Of a stretch of DNA of 64,000 bases, positions 30,861 to 47,140 are shown one piece after another; within the stretch, counting starts at the first letter, position 1; the number at the start of each line of letters is the position of its first letter. Made by a program: the position numbers and the translations under genes. Under the pieces are notes generated by a model. The model was not told where the DNA came from, searched no databases, and saw only the letters and a program-made list of their open reading frames with translations. The stretch comes from the human T2T-CHM13v2.0 reference genome, Homo sapiens, in the NCBI RefSeq assembly GCF_009914755.1, contig NC_060934.1. The stretch is one strand, 5' to 3'.

Positions 30861-31448
30861 CTTGTAATGCTGTTCTTAATATAAGAAGTTGTGAACAGCT
30901 ATTCCCAATAAGAGGGGGATGGTTAAATGAACCATGGTTCACTAACTGAACAGAACATTTACTATTACAATCGCATTGTATGAACATTGTAAATAGGAGG
31001 ATGCACACACATTTGTCTGTAGCTGGTGCTTAGTAATGAAAGGGAATGACAAAAGCACATGTTCATATGACTATGACTATGCGTGTACATATACTCATGC
31101 ATTCATTCTAGCAATTGTTTTGATCACTGATTATATAACAGGTGTTGGCCAGGTATACGAAACATACTGAGGAAATGATGTGGTTTCTGCTCTCATTGAG
31201 GGGTCACTCAGCCGGAAGGTGGCCGTGGGAAGAAATGGAAAAGTACGGAAATTCACAAAACGCTAATGGAGTACAGTTAGGCAAAGATGAAGGGAAGGCT
31301 TTGTAAAGGAGCTAACATGTATCTACAGTGGAGAAATCACTTGTATAAGACTGGAGGTACTAGAAGGTACTTAAAAATTCTTAATGTCTTTATTGAGATG
31401 TAATTCTCATACCTTAAACGTGTTCATTTAAAATATACACTTTAATAA

Positions 31449-31773
<325 letters not shown>

Positions 31774-31999
31774 ACTCACGGAGTTTAATACAAACATCAC
31801 TGAAATCTAAGTAGAACATTTTCATCCTCCCAGGGAGCTTTGCATTTTTGCTCTATTAAATTTCTCCCGATGTTAAATGTTTTTCTAATAAGGAATTAAG
31901 ATGTAGAGACAGAAACCTCTGATGTCTGGCCACAATAGGGAAACTTATGTCTCATGTGAAATAAACCGAAAGTATGCCATCAAGTCTTTCAGTTTTAAT

Positions 32000-32005
32000 T
32001 TTATT
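32000..32005 (-). terminator. Distal polyadenylation signal AATAAA (adjacent ATTAAA at 31994-31999)
   Basis: Plus strand tttatt at 32000-32005; minus-strand sequence downstream reads ...ggcatactttcggtttatttc (GU/U-rich). Confidence 0.7.
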
Positions 32006-32375
32006 AGTGACAAGGTAAATAGGTACATGAAAATCTTCACAGATATCTACGCACGTATTTAAATAAAACAAGAGTCGAGTTCTAAGAATGCAGTTTCAGG
32101 GGTGACTAGTACATATTATTTTTTTATTTACTGCATAAAAATCTCCAAGTTTATAAAACTTAATTTGCCCCATTATTGTGTCTTAAAACCCAGCTGCAAG
32201 AATTTAAAAAGGGAATTCTTTGAAGAGAAATACAGATAGACCCTCAGAGGAGCACAGCACATTATGAATTATGAAGGCAATCGGCAATGCTCTAACTAGA
32301 AGCAGATACGCTCAGTGTGTTCTCTGTCGTCAGTATGTTCTCTGGGCAGAACTGATTGCTGGAAGGTTTGCCTGA

Positions 32376-32732
<357 letters not shown>

Positions 32733-35186
32733 TTTGCTTCCATATTCTAAAGGGCAGAGGGCCACTGCGTGCATGCGCGTGTGTACAACGGCCTTCTGCA
32801 ATTCCCATAGGTAGCAGTGCCTGTGGGCAGGTGGAAGGTGCCCGTCCCTCTAGGAAAGGGCCATCTTGGCTGAGACTCTGGGATGGTGCAGTTCACTTTG
32901 GAGCCCTCATGCCTTGCTTCATTCTGGGTCTCAGTCTTCCTCCTGGCATCTCTAGTTCCTTCCAGGTATCTGCATAAACTATCTCAACAGGGGTCTTTTT
33001 TTATGTAACCCTAAGAGTTCTCAGTTCCTTCACCAATGTTGGCTTAAAGACAAGGGGTGCATTTTTTCAGGGACCTTTTAGGACCCCAAATCCCAAGGAG
33101 CTAATCTCTATTGGTCACAGATCAGCCAGGATCACCAGATTCAGGACATTACCTGGGGTCAGAGAGAGCTGTCTGGCATCGCTCACATCACATCCTGTAG
33201 ATGGCCACCTACTTGTAAAACCAGCTCTACCTGGAAGACTAACACCAAAGACCCCCAGAGGCTGGTGTGGACACCCCTTAATTCTTTGAGGCAACTTCAG
33301 TCCTCAGCCGTAGTCAGCCACACAAACCAGCCTTGAGCTCCTGACCGACCCGAAACTGCTACCAGGACAGTATTCAATTCACAGGCAGGAAGAACATGAA
33401 CTGCACCAGCGTGCTCGTCCATGTGCCTTTCATTTGTTCCTCAATGAAGTTCCGCAGCTGTAGCCAAATGGCTCCTCTCCAGCTTATGGCATGACATAAA
33501 ATTTAGTGTCTGTGAGCTTGGCTCATCTTTCAAACAAAGCGTGATTGTTGAAATCAGGACACAAAGTTTTCCAACAGCTTTGTAAACTTAAGGATTTGGG
33601 TCAGCTTGTTCTATCATACTTAACATTTAGGAAATTAATTAAAAAAAAAACGCCAGTGTAAACATGCTTCAGATACATAGGTCTATAAAATATTGCACAT
33701 AAAAATTTGTTCAGTATTTCTTCATAGTAATTTTTCATTATTAAAAAAGGATACAAAATTGCGCAGACTACCTATAAATTTGGCTGGTCAATTTTACTTC
33801 AAAAATGATAATATTACAAGATTATGAATTATTTACAAGAGTTTTAAACATAAAAAATTTGTGATGGTTAAATTCAAGATGATGGGAAAATAGCTTAAAT
33901 AAAAGATTATTCTCCAAAGTTACATATTATAAAGATTAGCAGTAAAAATAAGTAATAAAGTTGGAATAAGCAATTTTAAATAAAAATCTTTAGGAATCAG
34001 TTTTCCCAGTTTGGCTCATGCCTGTATAATTTTATGTTTTTGTCTAAGTTATATTCAACATGTTTTCTCTGTGTATACAAGTACAAGGCATAGCAGGAAA
34101 AACGGGTATTTAATCCCAAGCTAAATATCTATAAGAAGTGTTGCTTCTTATAGATATTAAAAATAATGTTTACCCATAATGTTAAATTGCTTTTTAATTA
34201 ATGAACTCTAGACATTTTACCATGACTTTTAAACACTCCAAAGGTAGAGAGTACCTCGAAATTCATGTATTAACTAAGTCAATGGAAAGATATACAAGGA
34301 AATATAAATGCAACATCTTGCAAAGCTAAATTAAGCAGATGTGAGTCCCTGGATAATGTGAGTGAAAGGAATTTCAGATGGAAGGCAGCAAGGTATTAAA
34401 TAGAACTGATTCCTAATGCCAATCTTCCTTTCCTTAGCACTGTCTAAATTCTGAAGAAGCTCTGCTAAATGAGTTATCTGCACACAGTGGTTCTTAGGAG
34501 GAAACTGAGTGAGTGATTTTGAAAACTAGCTAACCAAATCTTAATTTCCAAATTCTCTAGATGACAGATTCTCAACCTAGAGACATGGAAAATAAATAAA
34601 TAAACTCTCACCCTCACTCACAAGATTATTTTTGTCCTTTCAAAAGTACTTTCACAGTACCAACAACATATTGCTTGTCTCCCTGAGCCATAATGTCCTT
34701 AGAAATGTTTCTTTTCCATAGGGAGGTGTCAAATGTTCCATTGGATACAGTAGTGTTGGATGGTGTGGTCTTAGTTCTAAGTTCTATAGTAAATCAGTCA
34801 TTTCACCTTAGTTCACCTTGTAAATTCTATAGTGATTCAGACATTTCGTCTCTGCAACTTATGCTGGATTGATCTGGACTGCAACTTACGTTCCCATACG
34901 CATTTCAAAGTGTCTGCCAAGTACAGAACGATTAAAGCAAAAGAAAATCTTCCACAATTGCTGATGGCTTCTCCAGCTTTGGTGTTTCCTTTTCCAACAG
35001 GGCTCACTGGGCACCCAGGACAATTTCTCCAAAGTGCGGTGTAGATGAGGTGATGTTTCCAGGGTCCCCTCCATTTCCTGGGTCACTGTCAGGTATCAGA
35101 AAGCTTTGATTTTTAACCCTCATGTTCTTTCTTTTTCTTTGAACAGGACCAGTGTTTGAGGTCTTTGGTCTTCTTTTTTTTTCTTG

Positions 35187-35273
35187 TCATGCCTCAGGGG
35201 TCTTGTCATTTGTCAGCTGTTCCCTGTCGGTCATGTCCTCCTGAGGAGGTCTGGCTCTGTCAAAGAATCCACA
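35187..35273 (-). CDS. ITGA8: Integrin alpha-8 last exon, coding part: cytoplasmic tail, 28 aa + TGA
   Basis: Acceptor ctttccctttatag|TGT GGA TTC TTT GAC AGA; CGFFDRARPPQEDMTDREQLTNDKTPEA*; GFFDR is the alpha-8 version of the GFFKR motif; stop at 35189-35187. Confidence 0.97.
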   Translation of the reverse strand, partial: CGFFDRARPPQEDMTDREQLTNDKTPEA

Positions 35274-35358
35274 CTATAAAGGGAAAGATGGGCTATAAAA
35301 TCACGTCATTCTGGGAACCTGTGAAACCCCTCATTCAAAGAATTTTCACTTTATGTAT

Positions 35359-35652
35359 TTTTTTTTTTTTAAACTGAGTCTCGCTCTCTATTCCCCAGGC
35401 TGGAGTACAGTGGCGTGATCTTGGCTCACTGCAACCTCCGCCTCCCGGTTCAAGCGATTCTCCTGCCTCAGCCTCCGGAGTAGCTGGGATTACAGGCCTG
35501 CACCACCACACCCAGCTAATTTTTGTATTTGTAGGAGAGATGGGGTTTTGCCATGTTGGCCAGGCTGGTGTTGAACTCCTGACCACAAGTGATCCACCTG
35601 TCTCAGCTTCCCAAAGTGCTGGGATTACAGGCGTGAGCCACCACACCTGGCC
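35359..35652 (-). mobile_element. Alu (S-like) in the last ITGA8 intron
   Basis: TSD ctttatgtatttt. Confidence 0.92.
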
Positions 35653-37318
35653 CTTTATGTATTTTCGAAGGAGCCTGGAGCTCTGCACGTATAATCAGTC
35701 TGTTTCTCCAAATTAGGAGGTTCGAGCAGAGTGTTTGTTACTTGTAGAGAGGAGTTTATTGCATAGGCAAGGTGAGCAGGAGGGCAGAGTGCTCACACCC
35801 TTTCTCCTGTCCTGTAGTTGGAGTGGAAGATGTCCCTCTTTCATACAAACCACTTATGGACCTTGGATATTTTCCTGAGATCACAGCAATGTGTCCCAAG
35901 GATTTCCCACATGCTTACTGGAGCAGAAGCACTAACTATTGACTAGGAAAAGGAGATTGTCTCCTAAAGTATCCTGTCAGCTGCTTTGGGGTGGATTATA
36001 GAAAGAAGTGAAGAGATGGCCACACATCCCTCGGTGCTTGGTGGAACATAGAGCATATATAGAGGGAGAATAGATTTGTCACTTATTTCAATGCCAGAAC
36101 CAGGTAGGCACAGAATCTTAGTGACTTTCCAAAGGTTAGCCAGAAACTCAGGGAAGAGGTGACTCTAGGATTTTCCTCCTCTTCAGTGTCAAATTAGTAC
36201 TTTGCCAAGTAAACTACATATTTTCCTAGACACCTGGAACCTCAATTCTTTCTTCTGTTTCTCATGTTGGAAGCCAATTAACTGGGTTTGGCTTAGAGAC
36301 ATTGAGTCATCTCTCTTTCTCAGAGCTACTGGAATATCCTGTCAATTGGCACACATGGTTGTATCTTATACTCATTGGAAATACAGTTACTATGAGTGAC
36401 AGAACAACACAAAAGTCCATTCTAAAGGTATGTCATAGACCACATGGGTGTAGGATGGCACAAAGAGCTGATAACGATCAGAAACGCCATTCCTTAACTC
36501 AAAGCCAAGGTTTTCTCAGTTTATAGGTCTATTAGTCATGCTGCATATTGTTTCAAAATAAAAGCGCACTATGATTTTAGGGAAAACCACATAGTTATCA
36601 AAGATGTGACTGGGTTAATTACTCTTATGTAACTGGGACGTCATTTCCATTTGGGAATGGAAGGCTCTGTGAAACTTGGCAATTGTTTAGGTTGGTGGGC
36701 CAGAAATTAATTCCTGTTGTGGACTTTTAGAACAAACCTCAGTAAAACACATCAAAGACTAAGTTCAGGCTTCCCAGTGGAGACAAACTAATTGGCAAGA
36801 TTAAAAACCAAGTCCAGGCATCCTATCACATGCATAATCTATTTGGCCTCATTAGTAGTTGAAATTAAAAATCAGAATTGACCTATATTAATTGCATTTG
36901 CATAGTGCTTATAAAAAATGTCAAAGGATTGATGATAGGGCCATGTCAATAAAAAGCTTATGATCTTGGTTAATTAAACAAGAAAAAGAAGTCTTCATTA
37001 GAATATTATCACTCTAAGCATATTGGAAAGAAGATCACAGGCCTTAGTTAATACAGCCTAACTCTCTCTACATTTATTTACAAGAAATCTCAAGATGAAA
37101 GCAACATTAAGCACCTCTAGTCATCTTAAATGTCAGCTATATAAACATATTAAGTATGCCAAAGCAAACAAGACACGATTTTCCCTTTATATCCTTCAGA
37201 CTGTTCAAAATTTCCAAAAATGCCTCCATAATTGTCTTTTAAAATCCCTAACTGTATCCCTCTAAATTCCCTCAACAGCCCCTCTAGTTTAAAAGGAAAA
37301 CAAAGTAAATCAACTTAC

Positions 37319-37441
37319 CTTCCATAAAGCTAAGGTTAAAATGGCGAGAACCAACAATCCAAGAAGTATTGCTAGTATTATTACCCATAATGGGATTGAG
37401 AAGGAAACATTCGGAGTTGCCCAAATAACTGATGTCTTAAT
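37319..37441 (-). CDS. ITGA8: Integrin alpha-8 penultimate exon (exon 29), transmembrane helix, 41 aa
   Basis: Minus strand: gttttccatttcag|ATT AAG ACA ... TGG AAG|gtaagt; 123 nt, phase 0-0; hydrophobic IPLWVIILAILLGLLVLAILTLALWK, also visible within track ORF 37310..37552. Confidence 0.97.
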
Positions 37442-38159
37442 CTGAAATGGAAAACAAAGCAAATGAGCTCTAATGCGAAAACTATTTGGTGAAATAAAAT
37501 AGTAATTACCAGTACAACATCGGAAGTTGATCTGAAAGGATCCATATGACAATTGAAATCATCTAGGGGATATTTGAGAGGTAGCACTCGAACATGAACT
37601 CTTAAAAGCTAGCATGTTCCTAGATCTGCTTGGTTCTGTAAAAGTCTAATTAGAGATTTGGTGGGTGGGTGGCTTTGCATCACAGAAACCCTAGAATAGA
37701 ACTGAGTGCATCAGGAATTGACAAGGTGGAAAGGAATGGCCTTCACTTGGGCTGGAACTTTTATGGGAACAATGGCCAAAAGTAGACTCAATAAAAAACT
37801 GAATGAATCTGTCTACCATGTGTCTCCTTAGAACTCAGCTAGCCTCATTGAGAGAGGTAAGCTTGTGAACAACCATGAATCCTTGGATGTGCAAGAAGGG
37901 TAGAAATCTCTAATCTAATCCCCTCATTTTACAGGTGAGAAAATTAACTCCCAGAGGGACTAAGTGATTCATTCACACAACGAATTAGTGTCAATACTAG
38001 GTCTCTTTATCCCTAGATTCTGTGCTGTATCAGTGAAGGATATCCCAGAGCATGAGGCTAGGCATCTTGTATTTTATGGAAGTAACTGTAGTGTGCAAAG
38101 TGAATGTTCAATTTTTTTTGATGCGTTGGAGATGACTTTAATCCTAAATCCAAAGATCA

Positions 38160-38477
<318 letters not shown>

Positions 38478-39002
38478 GATCATATGGGGACTGGAGCCCA
38501 TTTCATCCCGCACTGTTGCAAGGGGGCTTAGAGGAAAATGAGACCTTCCCAATCTGACTGCATGCTCAGTGTCTATGAACCACTCCCTATGTGGGCAGAA
38601 GCACTTCTATTGCTCCTGTGTTGGAGGCCTGTGCCTCCGGAGGCCGAGGCAGCAAAGAAGCTGCAGATTCCCAAGGAGAGACCCAGCCATGCTGCTAAAA
38701 CCTTTTGTCAAAGAAAAGAGCGCTACATTATTCTTGGATGCAGACATTATTCACTAACGTAGTATTCCGGTTTTATCAGAGTGGCAAGCATTGCCTCCAC
38801 TCAGCTGGTCTAAGGTCTCCTAGTTTTAATTGTGTTGGTTGAAAGGATCATTTCAATCCTGAAACACACTCAAGAACTCCAGGACACATTCTATAACCCA
38901 CCCGTCGGGAGAGGCTGAGACTAATGACTAAGGTTGGCGGCTCTGAGATTTGCCCTAGCAGGAAATGTATTGGTGTTTTCACAGCCTGAACCCTAGCACT
39001 GA

Positions 39003-39352
<350 letters not shown>

Positions 39353-39892
39353 GCTTCTGTCTTCTTAACTAGAGTTGAGCGCCCTGATGGTGCCCTTCTC
39401 AGCTTGTCTTGGTTTTTTATTGCTCCTTCCTTCTTGATCCGCATCCCCCATGCAGCAGATGCTGATGACTCAATTCATTTGATTCTCCAGCCCCAAATGT
39501 CATTTATATGTACACTAATAAAGGCATGGACAGAGGAGTGAGATAGGGAGAGAGTCATTCCACCTTAACAGGAACATGCCAAGGATGTGATAGATGTTCT
39601 TCATGAGAAAAAGGCTGGCCTCAACCTAGTCATCATTACATTTTCTTCCTATGCCTGTTAACTTTCCTCGCTAGGAATTATTTCATCTTATCTTTATTTC
39701 ATCTGACACATCAGTGTGAAGCATGACAGTCCATCACCACGGTGACATTACGTACACTCTGCGCACCACTGTTTAAGGATGAGAAACGTAGTTCATACGT
39801 CGAAGAAATCAATTTCAAGGACCCACCGTGGTTGCAATTCTACCTGGATGCTGCAGCCTAAGTAATTTATTCTGAAATGATCTAAGACAAAT

Positions 39893-40270
39893 ATTACACA
39901 TTCTCATTCATAAGTGGGAGCTAAACAAGTGGATCTCATGGAGGTAGAGGGTAGAATGATGGTTACCAGAAGCTGGCAAAGAGTGGGGAGGGCTGGATGA
40001 ACAGAAGTTGGCTGACAAACATAGTCAGGTAGAAGGGATACATTCTAGTGTTCAGTAACACAGTAGGGTGATTCTAATTAACAATAATTTATTATCTATT
40101 TCAAAATAGCCAGAAGAGATTTGAAATGTTCCCAACACAAAGCAACGATAAATGTTTGAGACAATAGATATCCTAAATGCCCTGATTTGATCACTATACG
40201 TTATGTGCACGTGTGTATCAAAATATCACATGTACTCCACAAATTTGTACAATTATATATCAATAGAAAA
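39893..40270 (+). mobile_element. L1MA-like 3' end
   Basis: ttctcattcataagtgggagctaaa...ctcatggaggtagag...ttcccaacacaaa...ccctgatttgatca...aattatatatcaatagaaaa. Confidence 0.85.
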
Positions 40271-40757
40271 TAATTATTTGCATGTATACAGCTACATGAG
40301 CAAATCAAGAACTAGATTATTTCTCTTGTTATGTACCCTTCCTTAGTCAATTACACCTGATGACATGTATGAAATTACTGCTGAATCCTAACATTTGACT
40401 GCACTCAGAGGAACAGCATGAAGTGGTATTTCAAGATGAACATAATATTGCTGGAAGTGGACTCACACAGTTTTGATAATGAGAATTTCAGAATTTTGGA
40501 ACTGAAGGGGACAGTAGTGATCATCTACTCACAGGCCAGTTACAATGACCCCAGGAGAGAAATCTGGAGCCATGGAAAATTCCGAGGTTTCATGTAAATA
40601 TTACTTCCTCATAACCCCCAAGTCCATTGAGGACACAATATAGTTTTAGTCCCTACTTTGAGCATGTGTCAGAGCTCACCAAAATTTTCTAATAGGTAAT
40701 TCAGGGTGAGCCAGGCAATGGATCTTTCCTCTCCTGGTTTACCTAATTAATATCTTA

Positions 40758-41058
<301 letters not shown>

Positions 41059-41631
41059 TTATTATCTTAAGTTCCTGCCTACTATTTTATGTTAAACAGA
41101 AAAGAGTTCAAGTTTTATAAGTTAGAGAAAACACAAAACATGCTAAAGGAGTTGAAATAGAGGCTCTTCAAATTGTTAGCTTAATAAAAAGAAATGGAAT
41201 GGGCTGAGTGGATACCTACTGAGTACTTTGCTAGGTGACTTTGCCACTTGGTTATTGCAGGTTTTGATGTATCATCTATATAACTGGGCTATCCAGAGAA
41301 ATAAGCAGAGAAGATCACTTACAAAGAGCTAACAAAGACATTTAAAGTTTTTTTTGTAGCAGTGATGAAAAAGTATAATGAAAATGTGAAATTGATGAGG
41401 ATATGCTTCTTAGGGTCTTTTGAAGCAGAGAACAACTTTATAGGGATAGTTACAGAACGTACTGGCTTTCTGTTTACATTTGCTCCCAAAGAGCCTGACA
41501 GCAGCGTCTTTAAAAAGTCTGTGGGAAGATGACCCCCTGCAGTGATCACAAATTCGGAAAGTCCCTTTCAGTTCCCAAATTCTGAAATTCTCATCATCAA
41601 AACTGTTGCCAGTCTGCTTCCAGTAACATTA

Positions 41632-41992
<361 letters not shown>

Positions 41993-43039
41993 TCATACCT
42001 TTTCTCTGATGTCAGGATTATGCATATGATATGCATTTCCTCCATGTCATCCTATGCAATTCATTAGCGGGAAAGAATACACAGAGTCTTAAAAGAAGGC
42101 AACCTCTGAGTGACTCTCCTCCCATGCCTGCTTTCTGCTTTCCTGGTCCTTTTACCTGTAGGACATCCATATGGTACTGAGGCGGCCCAATCTTCTCAAT
42201 CTAAAATTGGTGCAGCTGCAGAGACCTTCCTTCACCCTTGTTGTTTTCCTAAACTTATGTAGGCTTTTGCAGCATAGTCTAGAAGTCACTACAGTAAGAA
42301 CAGTGGAAATACAGAAAACCAACAACAGCGACCCAGAGCATTTCATCTGGTGTCCCGTGCAGAGGAGATGCTTGACTCTTACTGGAAAGAGTTAGACAAG
42401 GAGCCAAAGGTAATTATTCAAATAACTGAATAATTTTTTTCTGCTGCACTGTAATGATTCAGTGTTCAGACATATTTCTCTGAATCAGGCGACCTTGTCC
42501 TTGCCTCTGCACACAACATCATTAGAAGAGTCACGTATATGTCTCGGCAAGAGAGGTCTTTCTGGGATAGAGTGATGGGGAGTCATGTGACATATTCATG
42601 TCTCTAAATCAGTAAATGGCAATGGGGCATTCCATGTGCAGGTGGAAACCAGTAAAGCAAAGCTTTTCCTGAAACTCCACGCTCTGTATAGATAAACTAG
42701 AGACTTGACTGCATAGGCAAGCTTAAGAGAAGACGACTTAACTGATCACTTTTACAGGACCAAAGTTTCTTTAAATATGTGTTAGTGCTGTGGGACTGCA
42801 GGCTAGTTTTGGGGAAAGCTTGGGCAGGAAAGAAAATATTGACAAACACCAAAACTTTGTTATTTCTAATATCTATATTTGTCTTACAGCTCATTTTGAC
42901 AAACCTACAGGAAGCTTAGATAGAAGTAGCCATTAGATAATAAATAATGAGGAAAAATAAGTCATAAATGTTAGAGTTTCTCATGACTAAACACTGACAT
43001 ATATGAAGAATCTTTCATTCATTTCAAATAATATTTATT

Positions 43040-43205
<166 letters not shown>

Positions 43206-43308
43206 TGATTTGATTTGAAATATCATTTCAAATAATATTTATTAAACACCCTATGTTCTCTGAAGTTCTGTAGGTATTATCAGCTTCAAGACATAACCTT
43301 GCCCTTGA

Positions 43309-44143
<835 letters not shown>

Positions 44144-44210
44144 GAACATTCTGTATAATTTCACACAATGATGAGATTGCCTGAATTACCCAAATCTTTC
44201 ATTATAAGAT

Positions 44211-44506
<296 letters not shown>

Positions 44507-45915
44507 CATTATAAGATTCTTTTACCAAGAAGGTAGACTCAGGGCAGAAGACAAAGCATATTTAGGACTAGAGGTTTACTTTCGGCACAGGGGCTTGTGA
44601 TGAGATAGTTCAGTTGCTTTAAGAAAGAAGTTTCATGTTGAGTAACTGGAGTACTTAAATTTAGGGAGAACAATTCAATCTTGTGCCAGCTAGTCAATAA
44701 ACTATTTTAATACAGTTTTATTTATCAAGTACTTCTAGCTATTTTAAAAATAGCTTTAAGTAAGTTTAACAAATCACTTTATTATAATTGTCTGCAATTT
44801 TAGAAAGTAGTATTCATAAATTGTAAGTGGTTTAGATTTTCTTAAAATGATTCTAAGTAGGGAACATTTAATCTTACCTTCATCGTGTCATAAATCTTGT
44901 TGTTTTTTATTATGGAGGAAAGACCATAAATAAACCTTTAATATGCCTACATTTTATTGTGGACATTTATGATATGTTTTTGTATATTTTCACAAAAAAT
45001 ACCAAGGTAGAAGGAAAAAGCTCCCTTGTATTTGCAATGGTAATTAATGTTGACGTCTCTATTTATGTATCACAAAATCTTGTGTAAACATACTTCAGTG
45101 GGGTCAGAAGAATGTTTTAAATAAACGTACCAAGACACCCTACCTACAGTGCCATTTAGAACAAAATAATAACATGAGGTGTACTAGCTGAGCCCACATT
45201 TTGACAACATTTAAACAGTTTCCTTATGAGACAAGCAGTTCCCATCATAAATTTCAACTCCAAATAATTGTTTAATATAAGAGTTCCATATTAAGGTATT
45301 AAGGTGCAGAAGTTTTGCTAACAATTCTGAAAACCAAATGGGTTCACAGTTTACATATGAGTTTTTAAATGAAGATTTTCATGAAATATTTTGTAATAAC
45401 CACCTTTGGAATCACACAAGACACTCCCACTTTCTGCTAGATGTAAATTATAGAATTGAGTGTTACTTGTATGGCATGCAAAGGCCAAAGTTCCTTGGTG
45501 AGCCAAAAAAGTGTTCAAATAATTGAATTTCAGTTTCTTCTGTTGCACTGTAACGATTCAGTGTTCAGGCATATTTCTTCGAATCATGCAATCTTTCCCT
45601 TGTCTCCGGACATGACAAGCATCACAGGAAATGAGGAATTTTATTTGTTACAAACACAGATACTATGCAAGCAGCAAACGGGAATTGTGATTCTCTTCCA
45701 TAAGTAAAGCTAATACGGGCCTCAAGAGATGGCTGAATTATGACCGTGTTGAAAAGGGAGTACAAACAAACTAATCATCACACAAAAGGGTCTAGGAAAA
45801 CAAGCAAATAGTAGTCTCATTATAGAAGAAGGAACAAAGAATGACTTTCCTCAGGGGCAGATTAGAGCTCTGATGCTTCTCCAACTACCATTTCCAATGG
45901 ATTCTACCACCTTAA

Positions 45916-46264
<349 letters not shown>

Positions 46265-46965
46265 CTGCTGGGCTCCCTTCAAGAGAAGAATGGCAAAGCC
46301 TTTGAAAAGAGCTCACTATAAAAAAATGTCTGCCAGCTCCACTCAGAGTTCTTCTCTCACATCAAGCCACAGTAAGGCAGCATTTCCCTGTGTGCTGCAT
46401 AGCTAACTTTGCACTGGCAAGGTCTTCTCCAGTTAGTCAGATATTGGGAGACTTGAAATTGTTTCCATTCCTGGATCTTTTCCCAATAACCTTCACATAA
46501 CTGATGTGGTAAATCACCTACATCAGATAAAAAGTCTTTTTTTTTTTTTTTTTTTGGCAATTCAATAACAGGGGTGGCAGGGCTGGGGAAAGCATGTATC
46601 GGATTATTTTGTGGATCTTTTGAGATGAGTTGAGAACAGCAGGCTGTCACCTGTGGCCAGTGCAGAAAGATGCAATCCTGTGGATGGAACCAACCGTAAC
46701 ATGTGTTTCTGCTAGGGAGCACGTGCTTGGAAAAAACAAAAGGGCCCAGATTTATTTCCCTTAGAGCTATAAGCCTTTGAACATTTTTAGATGAAACTTC
46801 TATATTAAAATCCCAAAGCCTCTGTTTTCTAGGTTGAACATAAATCCAAAACACAGAGGACATCACTGGAAAGAAAAAGAGGTGGTCTAAATGAAGAAAG
46901 ATGTGGCTGTGCTTGCTTTAAATACCACCGAAGTTTACTGAAATATTTTAACTGTGCACATCTAT

Positions 46966-47140
46966 CTTTCTTCTCCCTTCCTTCCTTCCTTTCCTTCCTT
47001 CTTTCTTTCCTTCTTTCTTTCCTTCCTTCTTCCCTTCCCCTTCCTTCCTCCCTGTCTCCCTCCCTTCCTTTCTCCTTCCTTCCTTCCTTTCTTCCTTTCT
47101 TCCTTTCTTCCTTTCTTTCTTCCCTTCTTCCTTCCTTTCT
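46966..47140. repeat. (CCTT)/(CTTT)n polypyrimidine tract, the expanded tail of a truncated Alu (47141-47230)
   Basis: ~175 nt of nearly pure C/T followed by tgagacgaggtctcg. Confidence 0.92.

Noticed and set aside
37310-37552. 80-aa ORF as a standalone gene
   Set aside because: Only 37319-37441 is the ITGA8 exon; the rest is intronic read-through.
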